Shown piece after piece: positions 34,828 through 46,530 of a stretch of DNA of 64,000 nucleotides (position 1 is its first letter; each line of letters opens with the position of its first letter). This DNA comes from Lepidodermella squamata (lineage: Eukaryota; Animalia; Gastrotricha): the NCBI GenBank assembly GCA_047495785.1, contig JBLDXI010000015.1, positions 3,968,001 through 4,032,000 on the forward strand, written 5' to 3'. The translations under genes and the position numbers were made by a program. The notes beneath the pieces were generated by a model. It was not told the origin of the DNA and made no database searches. It saw only the letters and a program-made list of their open reading frames with translations.

Positions 34828-36186
34828 ATGCTAGCCCGTAAACTTAGAAGCGCTCAACGACCACATTCTGACCTTGGTTTCATCACCACGGTTTCGGAAC
34901 GGAGCCGCAGAATAGAATCAACCCAGGCATGGCGTGGGTTCATAAAAATTGAAGAAGCAGCCTACTCGACCTTAGTCACCGAAGCCTGTCTACAAATCGT
35001 CGACGACAGAACCCGCCCAACAGCCAAAACTATCGATTCAATCGTAGAAAAATGCGTAAATCAGTCGCAAAATCTGACCTACGGCGATTTGTTAACCTAC
35101 AACAGGCGATATTCGAAAGGCTTTAAAGTTCTGTCCCAAACTGACAGCCCTATTATCGGGCTGCAATCATCACTTCGAAATGCTATAGTTCGCCATTTAG
35201 ACGAAGCTCCCTTCGGCATTTTGCTGGCGAAACCCGGTGAATGGTTGTCGATATCGGTGTTTTCTTCGCAAAATCTCGTGCTGTTCGACCCACATAAGCG
35301 CGACTACGTCGTCGGCCCGTACATCTACGTGGCTAATTCTATTCAAAACCTTGTCACCGAGGTACTGAAAATATGGCCGATCAGACGTAATCAAGCTATC
35401 GAGGAATATTTGAACACTGATGTTGTTAATCTGCTGCAAATTTATTGCGTTGCGAGGACGCATATAAATGTGAATAATTTGCCTGACCTACCACAACAAG
35501 ACCAAGCAATAAAAAATTACGCAAAATTACGCCCCGCAATCAAATTAACGACCACAGCTTGGACTCCCGAGTCTGAGGATAGAATGAAATTACCTGAATT
35601 AACACCGGCCCAGAAGTTGGAAGAATTCGCCGCGAGAAGGAAAAACAGCGAGCAATCCTTATTCGAAGTTATCGATAATTTTTGCAATGGAGTGAAACAG
35701 CCACCTGAAAATGACGAAGTTGCGCGATTGAATCAGCTGAGCGAGAATTTTCAAGATTCTGTTCAATGCCTGCAATGTAAACAGCGCGTTTATTGGGAGC
35801 GAATGGTAGTCCTCAATCGATGCAAGCACGAAATTTGCGATCAATGCCTGTACCAGCTGTTGCAGCAAGATATTCTATCGAATAGCAGCCCTTCAGTTTG
35901 CCCGCATTGCTTGATCGAGTTGAGCCTCGGTGATGTTGAAAAGGTGTTGTCGGAGGATTATTCAGATTTATTCGGCGATTATTTGCGGCTGCTTCAAATT
36001 CATCACATGCGAGCGCTGGCGAGGACCATTGAGCAAACGATTGGGGCTTGTGATTGCCCGACAGTTCGGCCGAAAACAGCCAAGGAGCGAGCGAGAGATG
36101 GCGTTATTACTGAACTGCGAGCCATCGGCAGCCACAGGCAACTGCGGCTGAGTGAATACATGAGACAAATGAATCAAACTTTTTGA
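34828..36186 (+). CDS. Protein with an N-terminal papain-like (FDxH) domain and a C-terminal RING finger
   Basis: GILLAKPGE...LVLFDPHKR, then CLQC...CKHEICDQC...CPHC (C3HC4). The 5' end may include an upstream exon (acceptor at 34822). Confidence 0.75.
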   Translation: MLARKLRSAQRPHSDLGFITTVSERSRRIESTQAWRGFIKIEEAAYSTLVTEACLQIVDDRTRPTAKTIDSIVEKCVNQSQNLTYGDLLTYNRRYSKGFKVLSQTDSPIIGLQSSLRNAIVRHLDEAPFGILLAKPGEWLSISVFSSQNLVLFDPHKRDYVVGPYIYVANSIQNLVTEVLKIWPIRRNQAIEEYLNTDVVNLLQIYCVARTHINVNNLPDLPQQDQAIKNYAKLRPAIKLTTTAWTPESEDRMKLPELTPAQKLEEFAARRKNSEQSLFEVIDNFCNGVKQPPENDEVARLNQLSENFQDSVQCLQCKQRVYWERMVVLNRCKHEICDQCLYQLLQQDILSNSSPSVCPHCLIELSLGDVEKVLSEDYSDLFGDYLRLLQIHHMRALARTIEQTIGACDCPTVRPKTAKERARDGVITELRAIGSHRQLRLSEYMRQMNQTF

Positions 36187-36520
36187 AACTTGTCCTAGCC
36201 TGAATGTTGTACCATTTTCTGTCGTCAATAGTCGCTGTAGAATATAGCTAATAAAATTTTTATTTGAAACGATTCTTGATCATATTTTTTTCCGAAATGA
36301 ATGGGCGTTATTTTAGATCGGTTAGGTTCAGATTGAATCAAGATTGAAACTGAATGACTGAAACCTGGCTTTGTAAAACTTAATTCAGATGAGAAATAAG
36401 GAAGGCCGGACTCGCCTCGGCGTTCGCCTCGGGGGAAATTGTATTTCTTCATAGAAAACCATAGAGCAATCCTATCACTACATGCGCACAATCTGGAACC
36501 ACTTTTTGGGTGTTAAAGAC

Positions 36521-37079
36521 CGTGGTCAGACTTTTCAGCAGTGACACTTCAGCAAATGAGGGTCAAATCATCAGTGACTTTTCATCAGTGACACTTTGTC
36601 AGCAAAAAATTCATAAAAATCAAATATTAGTACTAATTTCAATAATCCTTGAAGACAAGTGAGCAGTGACATTGCAGCAGCGACAAAATATCAGTGACTA
36701 TTGAGCAGTGACGTTTCATCAGTGACAAATGAGCAAGTGACACTTCATCAATTTTTATTTATTAATCTTGAGCACTGAACTTGCACTTTTTGAGCTCAAC
36801 TTCAATGTAGCGCATAGTCCCCCTGCTTAATGAGGCTAGATTTCTCCTGATGAAATGTCTCCGCTGAAATGTCACTGCGCAAATGTCATTGAGATAAAAA
36901 TAATAAATTTGAGAAAATATAGGAAAAATTAAAAAAAATCACTGCTGACTTGTCACTGATGATTTGTCACTGCGCAAATGTCGCAGCTCAAATGTCACTG
37001 CTCATTTGTCACTGATGAAAAGTCACTGATGATTTGACCCTCATTTGCTGAAATGTCACTGCTGAAAAGTCGTACAACC
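36521..37079. mobile_element. Foldback/MULE-type MITE with long TIRs built of CAGTGAC repeats
   Basis: About 65-bp near-perfect inverted arms (GACTTTTCAGCAGTGAC...GGGTCAAATCATCAGTGAC). Direct repeat GTTAAAGAC at 36512-36520 and 37080-37088. Confidence 0.88.
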
Positions 37080-37663
37080 GTTAAAGACGCATACCCCTGT
37101 GAAAATAGCAAAAAAATTAAAAAAAATAAGAATTCCATCTTAAAAAAATAAATATATTTTAATATACAAAATTCAATTTTTTCGAATTTTTCATCATTTT
37201 CAATAATTTTTTAATTTTTTTCCCAAATTGAGTATGATAATCCCAGCAGGTGATTATCTCGTAAATAAATCTTTATAGTAATTTTTTTTTCAAATTTGAA
37301 TGTAAACTCGAAAAACTGAATTTAGACATTTTACGCTTTTCTCCTCGTTGAATGACTTGAATTACGGAAAATTTAACAATTAGTGCGGATAATGCAACTA
37401 CTTGAGGCCGCTTGAAATAGCCGTTGTTCCTATTTTTTGAGGGTGCGAACGTGGTTTCCGGCTTGGTTTCCGCGCTGCGTTGCCTATAATAATCGCCACA
37501 ATTAACAACCTATTACACTCCGCTGGCTGGTTAAAGAAAAAAAGATTTGGACATGTATAATGAGTCTCGGCGGATATGGTCATTAATCAATCGAGGTGAT
37601 GTATATTACCAACTTCAGTGCAGGTTTCAAAAAAATACAGCGAATTATATTATACTGCTAAAT

Positions 37664-38599
37664 ATGGCGAGAATTTTGCATCTCATCATAATTTTGACAA
37701 ATTTTATTCCTTTGATTAACACCAATTCAATCAATCTGCAACCATGTGACATCATCCACGGTATCTGCATCGATGGCACAATATGCACCCTGGTCAATGT
37801 TTCAACTTCGCTATGTCTACCGAAAAATACTGCCGTTATTGGCATTCTGCCAATAAACAGCGGGGACGAAAATCTTGATGCGCCTGCTGAATCAACTACC
37901 TCATCGACTACTACTACGACCTCGATGACGACAAAATCCGCCTACATGCAATTCGACGAGGCCGCTGAGCTGATAAAAGTTACACCGAAAATTGATGGAA
38001 ATCGCGTATTATCGAACAACGGTAATATGTTCTCTGCCGGTTCGATTAGTAGCCGATTTCAGATAAGCGAAATCGATTTGATCACTTACGCCCTTGTTGC
38101 CGTAACTTTAATAGCGGTTGTCATTCTGTTAATCACCCTATTAACTGCCTGTTTTACCTGGCCGCCCTGCAGCAGTAAATCGGCGCCGATACAACGGCGG
38201 CGGGATCCACCGTCACGCATGGGTGATCGAGCGCGTTCCGCCGAGAATTTTGAGAATATCCCGTTTGTCCCGAATAATATTCATCAAATAAAGCCGCCGA
38301 AAAGGGTGGCATTTCGGGACGCGGCTAGCCAATCGCATGGTAGACTCAACGAAATGACGTCGTTGTTGCCGGTGACGACTATCCCAGCTCATCATCAATC
38401 AAGTTATGACATTGGCGCTAATACCGTCGTGAAATCGATGACGCCGCGGCAGATGCGGAAAAGCGAGACTTGCATTGAGAACACGGTTATTTTTGTCGAT
38501 CTCTACCTGCCGCCGAAGGACGGCCCGAGCAAGCCAACAGGGCTGAATGGTAGCAACAAAAGCGAACCAATTGTTGTCGATTTCATCACCTCGCTATAA
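37664..38599 (+). CDS. Single-pass type I membrane protein with a small 4-Cys module, a Thr-rich stalk and a PDZ-type C-terminus
   Basis: Signal peptide MARILHLIIIL, CDIIHGICIDGTIC...C, TTSSTTTTTS, TM LITYALVAVTLIAVVILLITLLTAC, and the ending ITSL. Confidence 0.75.
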   Translation: MARILHLIIILTNFIPLINTNSINLQPCDIIHGICIDGTICTLVNVSTSLCLPKNTAVIGILPINSGDENLDAPAESTTSSTTTTTSMTTKSAYMQFDEAAELIKVTPKIDGNRVLSNNGNMFSAGSISSRFQISEIDLITYALVAVTLIAVVILLITLLTACFTWPPCSSKSAPIQRRRDPPSRMGDRARSAENFENIPFVPNNIHQIKPPKRVAFRDAASQSHGRLNEMTSLLPVTTIPAHHQSSYDIGANTVVKSMTPRQMRKSETCIENTVIFVDLYLPPKDGPSKPTGLNGSNKSEPIVVDFITSL

Positions 38600-38638
38600 G
38601 ACATTTTATTTTTTTTAATCAATAAAACAATATTTTTT

Positions 38639-40043
38639 TCAATAATTAACAAAGATTATTAAGGCCGTTATGTTTAGAACGAAAATGAAAAGGGAGAGAA
38701 TGAAACCGACCGTAAGGTCGAGTAGTCGCTGGATTGAAATTTTAGTTTTATCTAAAATTCGGAACTCCCTGGCAGCGATATTGGGAAATTGGCATATGAA
38801 GAGGACAACAAGTGTATGAATCGTCATCAGGGTGCCTAGAATTAGATTGCACGACGTGTAAAGCGAGAATAAGCTGACCGTTGACGTCTTCGGCAGTTCA
38901 TATGATAACTGGCTTTGAATGCTGAACGCGAATGCCAGAACAACCGTTACCGAAAACATTGGCCGATCTGGGGAATCCGGTTCCATTAATAGCGCAAGAA
39001 TCTGCAGGGATCCTAAACTGAAACAGGGTATGACAAAAGTTCCTATGTAAAAGACGTTGCTACGGCGAAGTCCAAGCCTGATTTTCGCTCGAGTGTAGCC
39101 GTATTTTGCATTGTTGGTATAGTATTTGAGGTAAAGGCTTGAAGTGAGGTTGGTCATGCTCCAGATCTGCCCTAGATCTATGAACTCGTCCTGGTCAACC
39201 ACCTCCGCAATAAGGGAGGAATAATGAATGTAACGCGAGTCCTCCCAAGCTTCCAATCCAATGAAGCAGTCCTGAAAATGCAATTAGTCCTAGGCGATTA
39301 TTCTTTCACCAAAATTTTCTCACCTGTTCGTCGGCGGGAAATTTGAATAAATCTGTGAAATAATTATATTTTGAAATGATCTTACTTGGGGCAATTTTTT
39401 GAAAAATTAAATAATTCGTTGACTTGAACTTACTGAGGGCACAGCTAGATTCAAGAGTGGTCATTGCAGTCCATTGGATCCGTCCATCTGGATAAATATA
39501 AATTGTGCATATATCGCCGCTCCTGGAGAACAAGAAATCGAAAAATTGTCCAAAATGCTGGCTAATCATTACCGTTGTAGCGCTAAGGTATCGGCTACAG
39601 CATTCATGTGCTATGGTGAACAATTATCTTTCCTCTTATTAGCGATATTGATGCCGATTATTTCTTACCGTGATAATTGGAATCCAAACGTGATTAGGGG
39701 GTACTTCGATTCGGATAACATCACTCCACTGACTTGCTTCGCTGTCATTGCCCCATCTAACGCAAGGATGGTACCAGGTCGCTTCAACGTCGAGTAATAC
39801 TGAGAAAGATTCCTTTTGCGTGTCGAGGCCGAAAAAGCGATACAAATGCACGGCAAGGTTGATGTTAACGGGATCGTTAGCCTGTTGTACCGGCCTGAAT
39901 GCGCGTTTATCCAACGAGCATTTATTTGCGAAATACTGATAAATTTCATATTCTTGGAGACTGAAATCAGCCGAGGTTGTGTTTTGGCCCCGGATCTCCG
40001 CGATAATCGTCATTAACAACACAGCAGAATTGGCAAAGCTCAT
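38639..40043 (-). CDS. Cys-loop channel subunit, subfamily A copy 1 (exons 40043-39669, 39610-39573, 39522-39434, 39352-39324, 39271-38639)
   Basis: RPV...VNINL, VWIP, DGRIQW, spliced Cys-loop CALNLFKFPADEQDC, LRRS and four TM segments. Confidence 0.88.
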
Positions 40044-40232
40044 CTCTATTTTCTAGCTGGAGATTCAGACATGCTAAGTATGGAAATATTAAATTATGAA
40101 ATACGGGAGAAAATATATGAAATTTCCAGGGGCCACATGAGATAGATCGGATATTTCCTCGTAAAAAATTAAAGGAACGTCCCCACCTTCGCCAGCCAAC
40201 ATTATTTATTTTATCCAAAATTGAGCATTTTT

Positions 40233-40512
40233 TCAACACAGCATAAAAGCACACTAAGCGCGATCGTGTTGATGGTTATGAAAAAGTCGTGAAAATTGCG
40301 CCGAAAATAACATCGAGAAACCGGATGTTTCCGGATGAGAAACGGCAGTTGAACAACCGAAAATTTCAAACATTTGCCCATTTTCCGTCGATGACTTTTA
40401 CCTTTGCCGGCTAGCCATTACTAGGGTGATCAAATTCTATTTTTTTACTATCGCCCTGACAATCAAACTATGAAATTCAAGTAGAGCGAGAGAAAGATTG
40501 GTGAAAAGATTC
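40233..40512 (-). pseudogene. Degenerate 3' fragment (M3-M4) of a subfamily B Cys-loop gene
   Basis: Aligns to 51647-51900 with indels. It sits upstream of A copy 1 just as gene B sits upstream of A copy 2. Confidence 0.8.
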
Positions 40513-40921
40513 TGAGCCATTCAGGCTCATTAACTATATGCGCAAAACGATTAAAATTAATCAATTTTTGAGCTTATTCAATTTTAAGGTGGATCATAAG
40601 CTGAATGTATATCGGCTATGTTTCGATCCGAAACAGCCTTGGAAGAACGCCCTGGCACCCTGAAATGGTTCCTCCTGAAGCCGTAAAACTAGGCTTGAAA
40701 ACTGAGTCTAAAATCAGCCAACGCACTGAGACCTGGGATCCCAGAGAACTGGCTGACACCCTCAGGCCGAGATGGGCACCCAGAACCCGTCTAACTGTTC
40801 CCCGATGTTCGAACCTGAAATCAAACAATAACTAGTTTTACATTACATTCGCAGCGGTGACGGTGGTCTATTCACCACTCCGCTCTCCTCAGTTTGTAGT
40901 CTAAACATCTTTCTTCGGGTT

Positions 40922-40992
40922 GAAAGATGAGAGTGAAAGATGAGAGTTGAGATGAGAGTTGAGAGTTGAGAGATGAGAGATGAGAGTTGAAA
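40922..40992. repeat. Purine-rich simple repeat (GATGAGAGTT-like units)
   Basis: Directly visible degenerate tandem repeat. Confidence 0.8.
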
Positions 40993-41066
40993 GCAAATGG
41001 TTTCCCAAATTTTAAAAGAGGGTTTGACGAGATTTTACTAAACGAATCACATTATTTTTCAGAAGA

Positions 41067-41372
41067 GGCACGGTGGCTCAGTTGGGTCGTTGAGCTGCTG
41101 TGTATCTGAGGGGATATCTCTCGGGACTGGGTTCAAGTCCTAGTGACCGAGCTAGGATCGAGTCCCCCTTGGCCCCGCGGAGATTTTACCAATCCATCGC
41201 GTTACAAAATAGAAAATTGGGAGACCGGGAGTATCAGTTAGACTGCACCAGTCAAATCCCGTCATACGGAAATCTCACTCACTTATGGTAAGACCTAGGG
41301 CTAGAGTAAGTGGCATGCCCTTCTAGTCCTCAAAGTTCGCTTTGAAACATAAATTATTATTGTTATTATTAT
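41067..41372 (+). mobile_element. tRNA-derived SINE
   Basis: A box TGGCTCAGTTGG (41074-41085), B box GGTTCAAGTCC (41130-41140), no clean cloverleaf, and a (TTA)n-like tail at about 41353-41372. Confidence 0.65.
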
Positions 41373-42260
41373 AAGCAATAGGTAACTTGGGTAAAACAAC
41401 CAAAACTCATTTAACTCAACCCGCCCCAATCCCACGTCTGACACCAGAAAACTCGGATATATTACCTCGTAAAAATAGAAAACGTATAAAAAATAATGGA
41501 AAAAACTGAGCTGACAGAATAAATAAAAATAACATGGGCTGATTTGATATTCGCTGGGGACGTTGGTGACTGAAACGGAGTCTTGCCCAGGTTCTTGATT
41601 AAAAAAACATGACCCAAGTTATCGATTTCACTGCAAACGTGATCAAATCTGACGACGTGAGCTACAACAGTTTCATTAGATGGGCTGGTAAACAAACTCC
41701 ACGAAACCAAGGTAGGTTCGGCTTGAGGATTCGATATCGAGATAAAAATAGCGTATTGGTTTTCTATCAAAACAAAACGGCTGGAATACAGGGTGTGAAA
41801 ACTTGGATATATTGAGCTTGGTGTCCTACATGTTTTGAACAATAACACAATACCATAAGGGCAATGTTGTTCATCGGTTCGAGTGGGATGTTCTTGATTG
41901 GGCCGACAAGCGGTAAAAAATGTCATGTTAGTTTTTCATATGTAACAATAAAAACAAGCGGTACATTAACTCTAGAGGCCATAGCTTTTATATTACAAAT
42001 ATGTCACGTATGTATTCCACTAGGGAAAACATCTCATAATGAAAATTAAAGGTGAATTGTTTAAAATGCGAGTGAATCGAGGCGTGTTTCAAAATCCTTT
42101 CCCCGAAGTAAAAGCAAGCGTAGAATTTTAAAGTCTATATTTGTATGGTATGACATGAGTAAAAAGTTCATATCTGATCGGAGCCGGAGGCGAGTTGAGA
42201 TGAGTTAATCGAGTACGGCGATTTGTTACCGTAAAATCATAGAGAAAAAAATGACCAGAG

Positions 42261-43855
42261 TAAGCACTCAAGCTAAAATTTTGATCTGCTTTCTCAAAAC
42301 GGATATCTCCGTTTTTCACCATATTTTGCATGACTATAGAACGCGAGCTGCTCTTTCACGTGGTATAAGATTTGAGGTGGGCAATTGCTGTGCAGTCTTG
42401 ATCTCATCAAAATAAATGAAACCATAGTGAAAAAGAGGTAAAAGCTGGTCGCTATTCTCTTGGATTTCAAGGCTGCATTTGATGTTATATGGCACAACAA
42501 CTTGCGGCTAAAACTAAAACAATCAGGTTTGCCGATTCCATTGGTAAGATGGATTTCGGACTTCTTAAGAGAACGCTCGTTTCAAGTAAGGGTTGGCAGC
42601 AGTCTAAGTGCAAGCAGAGATATTTTTTGCGGCGTACCGCAGGGGTCGCCTTTATCACCTCTACTTTTTATCTTTTATGCCATGGACATTCAGCCAAAAG
42701 GTTCCTCGCCGCAAGACGCCACCAGATCTGTCGCAAAAGGCACATTTGCTGACGACTCCCTAATCTGGGCCTTCGGCTACTCGATTGCAGCCAGCGTCGC
42801 GAGGCCAAGAAAGCGCCTCCGCTCAATCGAAGTGTGGTGCAACAAATGGCGGCTTCGCTTAAGCCCGGGAAAGTGTGAAGTGATCGTCTTCGGTAGATAT
42901 GGCAACTCGCCTCCTGAAGTACGCTTTGAGCTATATGGCCAGCCCCTGCCTCAGGTCAACCGCGCACGCTACCTCGGGATTTACCTCACACCCCAGCTAA
43001 GTTGGAATTACCATCTTGAAATAATCGCCTAAAAACTGAAGCCTCGCATTGGCGCCCTCTACGCCCTGGCCAAGCGGCATGTTTTGCCTAAAAACCTTTG
43101 TGTGCTCTTTTATAAAACAGTCCTGGAGTCCTTGGTTGCCTATGGAGCCCCTGCCCTTCGTTGCCTTGCGTCCTCCTCGGTTGGAAAACTGTTGGAAATC
43201 CAAGCCCACTGCCTTCGAGCCTTGCTTGATCTGCCCTTCGAAACGGAAGTAATTGACGTCATCGCTTACGCCGGAGTCGACTCCATTGAGGATGTCTTCC
43301 TTGGTGCCTTCAAACGCTATGGCGAACGCTGCTTAGCAGCAGGTCTAGATACGGCGGACTACATCAACTACGTCTGCGGTATCCGCCCAACGTCAGAAGA
43401 CGCTCGCAAAGTACTTGCCGAAAAGTGCCCAGCTTGGCATTTACGTGAAGTTTCAAAACCTAGCCAGCTGAGCCTCTCACACGACCCACGGGACTGGCTA
43501 CACGTCGTTTTATAACCAGCACTCTTTTTAGAGAAACGGCATATTATCTTTTCTACCGTTAATTTTATATCGCATTTTTACATTGTTGATTGCATCATAA
43601 ATTTCTAAGTCTATGAGGCTATGTAATCGCGCCGAGAGCGCCGTAACAGGCGGTGGTAGTAAAATAAAATCAGAAATATGCCAGGTATTTGTATCGTAAC
43701 AATGGTTGGGTTGCCCACCTCAAATCTTATACCACGTGAAAGAGCAGCTCGCGTTCTACATGCATGCAATAAATGGTGAAAAACGGAGATATCCGTTTTG
43801 AGAAATTCAATTTTGAATAAAAATGAAGATTCTGAAATTTTAGCTTGAGTGCTTA
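42261..43855. mobile_element. TIR element with about 120-bp inverted arms enclosing a LINE fragment
   Basis: 42261-42384 is the reverse complement of 43711-43855 (TAAGCACTCAAGCTAAAATT...ATTTGAGGTGGGCAA), with one indel. Confidence 0.75.
42440..43515 (+). mobile_element. 5'-truncated non-LTR retrotransposon (Jockey/I-like) reverse transcriptase with a premature stop at 43030-43032
   Basis: LDFKAAFDVIWH, GVPQGSPLSPLLF, FADD and RYLGIYL. Confidence 0.92.
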
Positions 43856-44974
43856 CCATAGACATAATTTAGGATAGACTACTTACTCACGAGAAAAAGG
43901 GTGCTACGCCATGGGCGCCAGATGGTCAGCTGATTCATCAGCGCTTGGAGGTAAAGTAAACAAAATATTCCATTGGTTTTTAGCTGGTTCCGTGACGGCT
44001 TCGATTTTCCCAAGGGTTTAGATTTCGCAACGCAGTTTATTATGAAAGAAAACATAAAAACATAATATTCAATTTTGAGAATAACTCAGACGGAGGCAGC
44101 TTGGCCTTGACAGGCTTTCATTCGGGCAGAAAAAAATCGGCCGTAGGAACCAGAATTTCTTCGAAAAATCCAGAAACTCGGACAGCATTTCGTCCCCGAT
44201 TTGCATAATTCGGCAGCGTCTCGTGGGTGGGATCGCGCAGGATCCTCGAACAGATTCGGTCAGCAAGTCGTCTCCAAAGATCAATAGAACGCGCCGGGAA
44301 CACTGAGCAGAAAATCCAGAAAATCGGACAGCACTTTGATCCCATTTCGCAGAAATCACCACCTAGGACCTTGCAGCAATCTGCCAGCGGCAGTTCCCAT
44401 TCGATTGCGTCGGAAACATCGACGTACCAAACACCGTTGCGACGCGCTAGTCCGAAACTGAGCCATTTTTAACAACCAGAGCTGAAATTCCGACGGACTG
44501 CTGTAGAGCTTCTTTCATCGCATCCAAACGTGTCGTTCAAATCGAACCAGTTTCATCGGATTGCAAAGGCGCACAGTTTTCGCGAACATTGATGTCGATG
44601 AAGGAAGCCGGTTTCAGGGTTGATGGGTTATCAAACCATTCGGCTTCAAATGCGGCAGCTTATTTGCCAATCGGAGCAGAATTCTGGGAGCATTTGTTCG
44701 TGAAATTCGAGCAGAATTTCGGTCCGACGAAAATCGACGTTCGAAACGAGACGAAATTCGGAAGAATGAGAAAAATTAGCGAGAATGAGTGGAAAGCCAT
44801 TTTTCGATGAATTTTCAAGTTGGAGAGAGAAACCGATTCATTGTTGTTCTGTGTTACGGGTATTTACAGTAACATTGCCTTATCGACACAGGAGTATGTA
44901 ATTAATTGATAATATAGATTGGTATGTTTATTTGGGTTTCGATTGTTGATAATTTGAGTAAAGGTGATGATTAA

Positions 44975-45365
44975 CAATTCGTACGCTGTCCTTCAAGACT
45001 TGAGATGCCATTTCGACAGCTTTGACACTGTTGAAGCCAAAGTTCTGCTAAGGTTTCATTGCTTCAGTAGTTAATGAACCACGGGCACCAATGTAGAGAC
45101 CATGCACTTCGATTGAGTCTAAATTGTAAGCCTCACAAATGAAGTCGCTGCATGGGTCGTAGATTGTGCGTTTCTCTTTATTAACCAGTTCGAATTGGTC
45201 GATTGATGATTCGCATCGGATTGTGGGGTCAATTACTATACCGGTTCGGCTGCCTTTCCTAATAGCTAGGATGTCAAATCGTCGTGAAGAGCCGTTGTTG
45301 GCCACACAATGCCCTTCTTCAGTTACGTTACGCTGCGGGCTGAATGCTGGCAAAGCGAACCAATT
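44975..45365 (-). mobile_element. Fragment of an R2/NeSL-type non-LTR element (restriction-like endonuclease domain)
   Basis: EEGHC...RRFDILA...IVIDPTIRCE...EKRTIY...GLYIGARG. Confidence 0.7.
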
Positions 45366-45430
45366 GTTGCTGATTTCCTCACCTCGATACGAGAGATTAT
45401 TATATTCTCAATATATTCTCAAATATATTC

Positions 45431-46074
45431 TCAATAAATAACAAACACAATTATGGCCGCTACGTTCAAAACGAAAATTAAAACGGAGAGAAAAACACCG
45501 AGTGTGATGTCGAGAAGTCGAGGGAATGAAATTTTAGTTTTACGGCATATATGATATTCCTTTGAAGCAATATTAGGAAATTGGCAGATAAAGAGGACAA
45601 CAAGGGTATGAACCGTCATAAGGGTGCCCAGAATCAGATTGCACGACGTGTAAAGCGAGAATAAGCTGACCGTTGACGTCTTCGGCAGTTCATATTATGA
45701 TAACTGGCTTTGAATGCTGAACGCGAATGCCAGAACAACCGTAACCGAAAACATTGGCCGATCTGGGCTTTGCGGTTCGATGAAAAGCGCAAGAATCTGC
45801 AAGATTCCCAAACTGACACTGGGTATGACGAAAGTTCCAATGTAGAAGACGTTGCTACGTTGAAGTCCCAGCATTATTTTTGCATGAGAACAGCCGTACA
45901 GTATTTGGTATAGTCATTGGTATAGTATTTGATGTAAAAACTTGAATTGATGCTGGTCAAGCTCCAGATCTGCCCTAGATCTGTAAAATCCTCGAGATCA
46001 ACCACCTCTGCTGAAAGGGAGGAATATCGAAGGGATCGCGTGTCTTCCCAAGCTTCGAATCCGATGAAACAGTC
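45431..46074 (-). pseudogene. Subfamily A Cys-loop pseudogene (last exon only)
   Basis: DCFIGFEAWEDTRS...VAAIIVFVIY, with a frameshift in loop C and an in-frame TAA after SQLS. Upstream exons are missing. Confidence 0.88.
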
Positions 46075-46258
46075 CTAAACATTCGATTAGGACTGTTTTG
46101 TGTGCTAATTCACTAATTCACCATAGCATATATCCCTGGGTTAGCTCACTTAAAGAATTGTTCGAATTTCCTAATCATTTTTCCTACGATCTATACAAAT
46201 TTCCTTCCGACAAACAGGTCAGAAGAGTTTGCAGAAGATTATCTTAGACGCACATTTT

Positions 46259-46365
46259 CAGGCTAGCCTATGTTTCGTCCGCCAACGCACGCCTATCAAG
46301 TATCAAGGCGTATAAACGGGCGAACAAATTCGTGGGCGCGCACCGACGAAACATAGGCGGGCCTG
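46259..46365. mobile_element. Small hAT-type MITE
   Basis: TIRs CAGGCTAGCCTATGTTTCGTC / GACGAAACATAGGCGGGCCTG, with 8-bp flanks CACATTTT / AACATTTT. Confidence 0.65.
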
Positions 46366-46386
46366 AACATTTTGAAATTTAAAATT

Positions 46387-46530
46387 TAATCGAATGTTTA
46401 GGACTGTTTCATCGGATTCGAAGCTTGGGAAGACACACGATCCATTCGATATTCCTCCCTTTCAGCAGAGGTGGTTGATCTCGAGGAATTTACAGATCTA
46501 GGGCAGATCTGGAGCTTGACCAGCATCAAT
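46387..46530 (+). repeat. 144-bp inverted duplicate of 45946-46089 (Cys-loop exon start)
   Basis: Reverse complement match with 3 mismatches by manual comparison. Confidence 0.9.

Noticed and set aside
36521-37079. Many short CAGTGAC repeats that could suggest a CRISPR-like array
   Set aside because: The repeats are short, irregularly spaced and arranged as inverted arms with a target-site duplication. This is a foldback/MULE MITE in a eukaryotic context with no cas genes.
40580-40915. Possible LINE 3' end (RLTVPR...)
   Set aside because: Too degenerate to support a feature call.
41067-41145. Possible tRNA gene
   Set aside because: A and B boxes are present, but there is no convincing acceptor or anticodon stem, and a SINE-like body and tail follow.
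44070-44810. GC-balanced stretch with coding-like fragments and an internal repeat (KIQKLGQHF / KIQKIGQHF)
   Set aside because: There are stops in all frames and no recognisable motif. It is probably a decayed gene or element and cannot be assigned.
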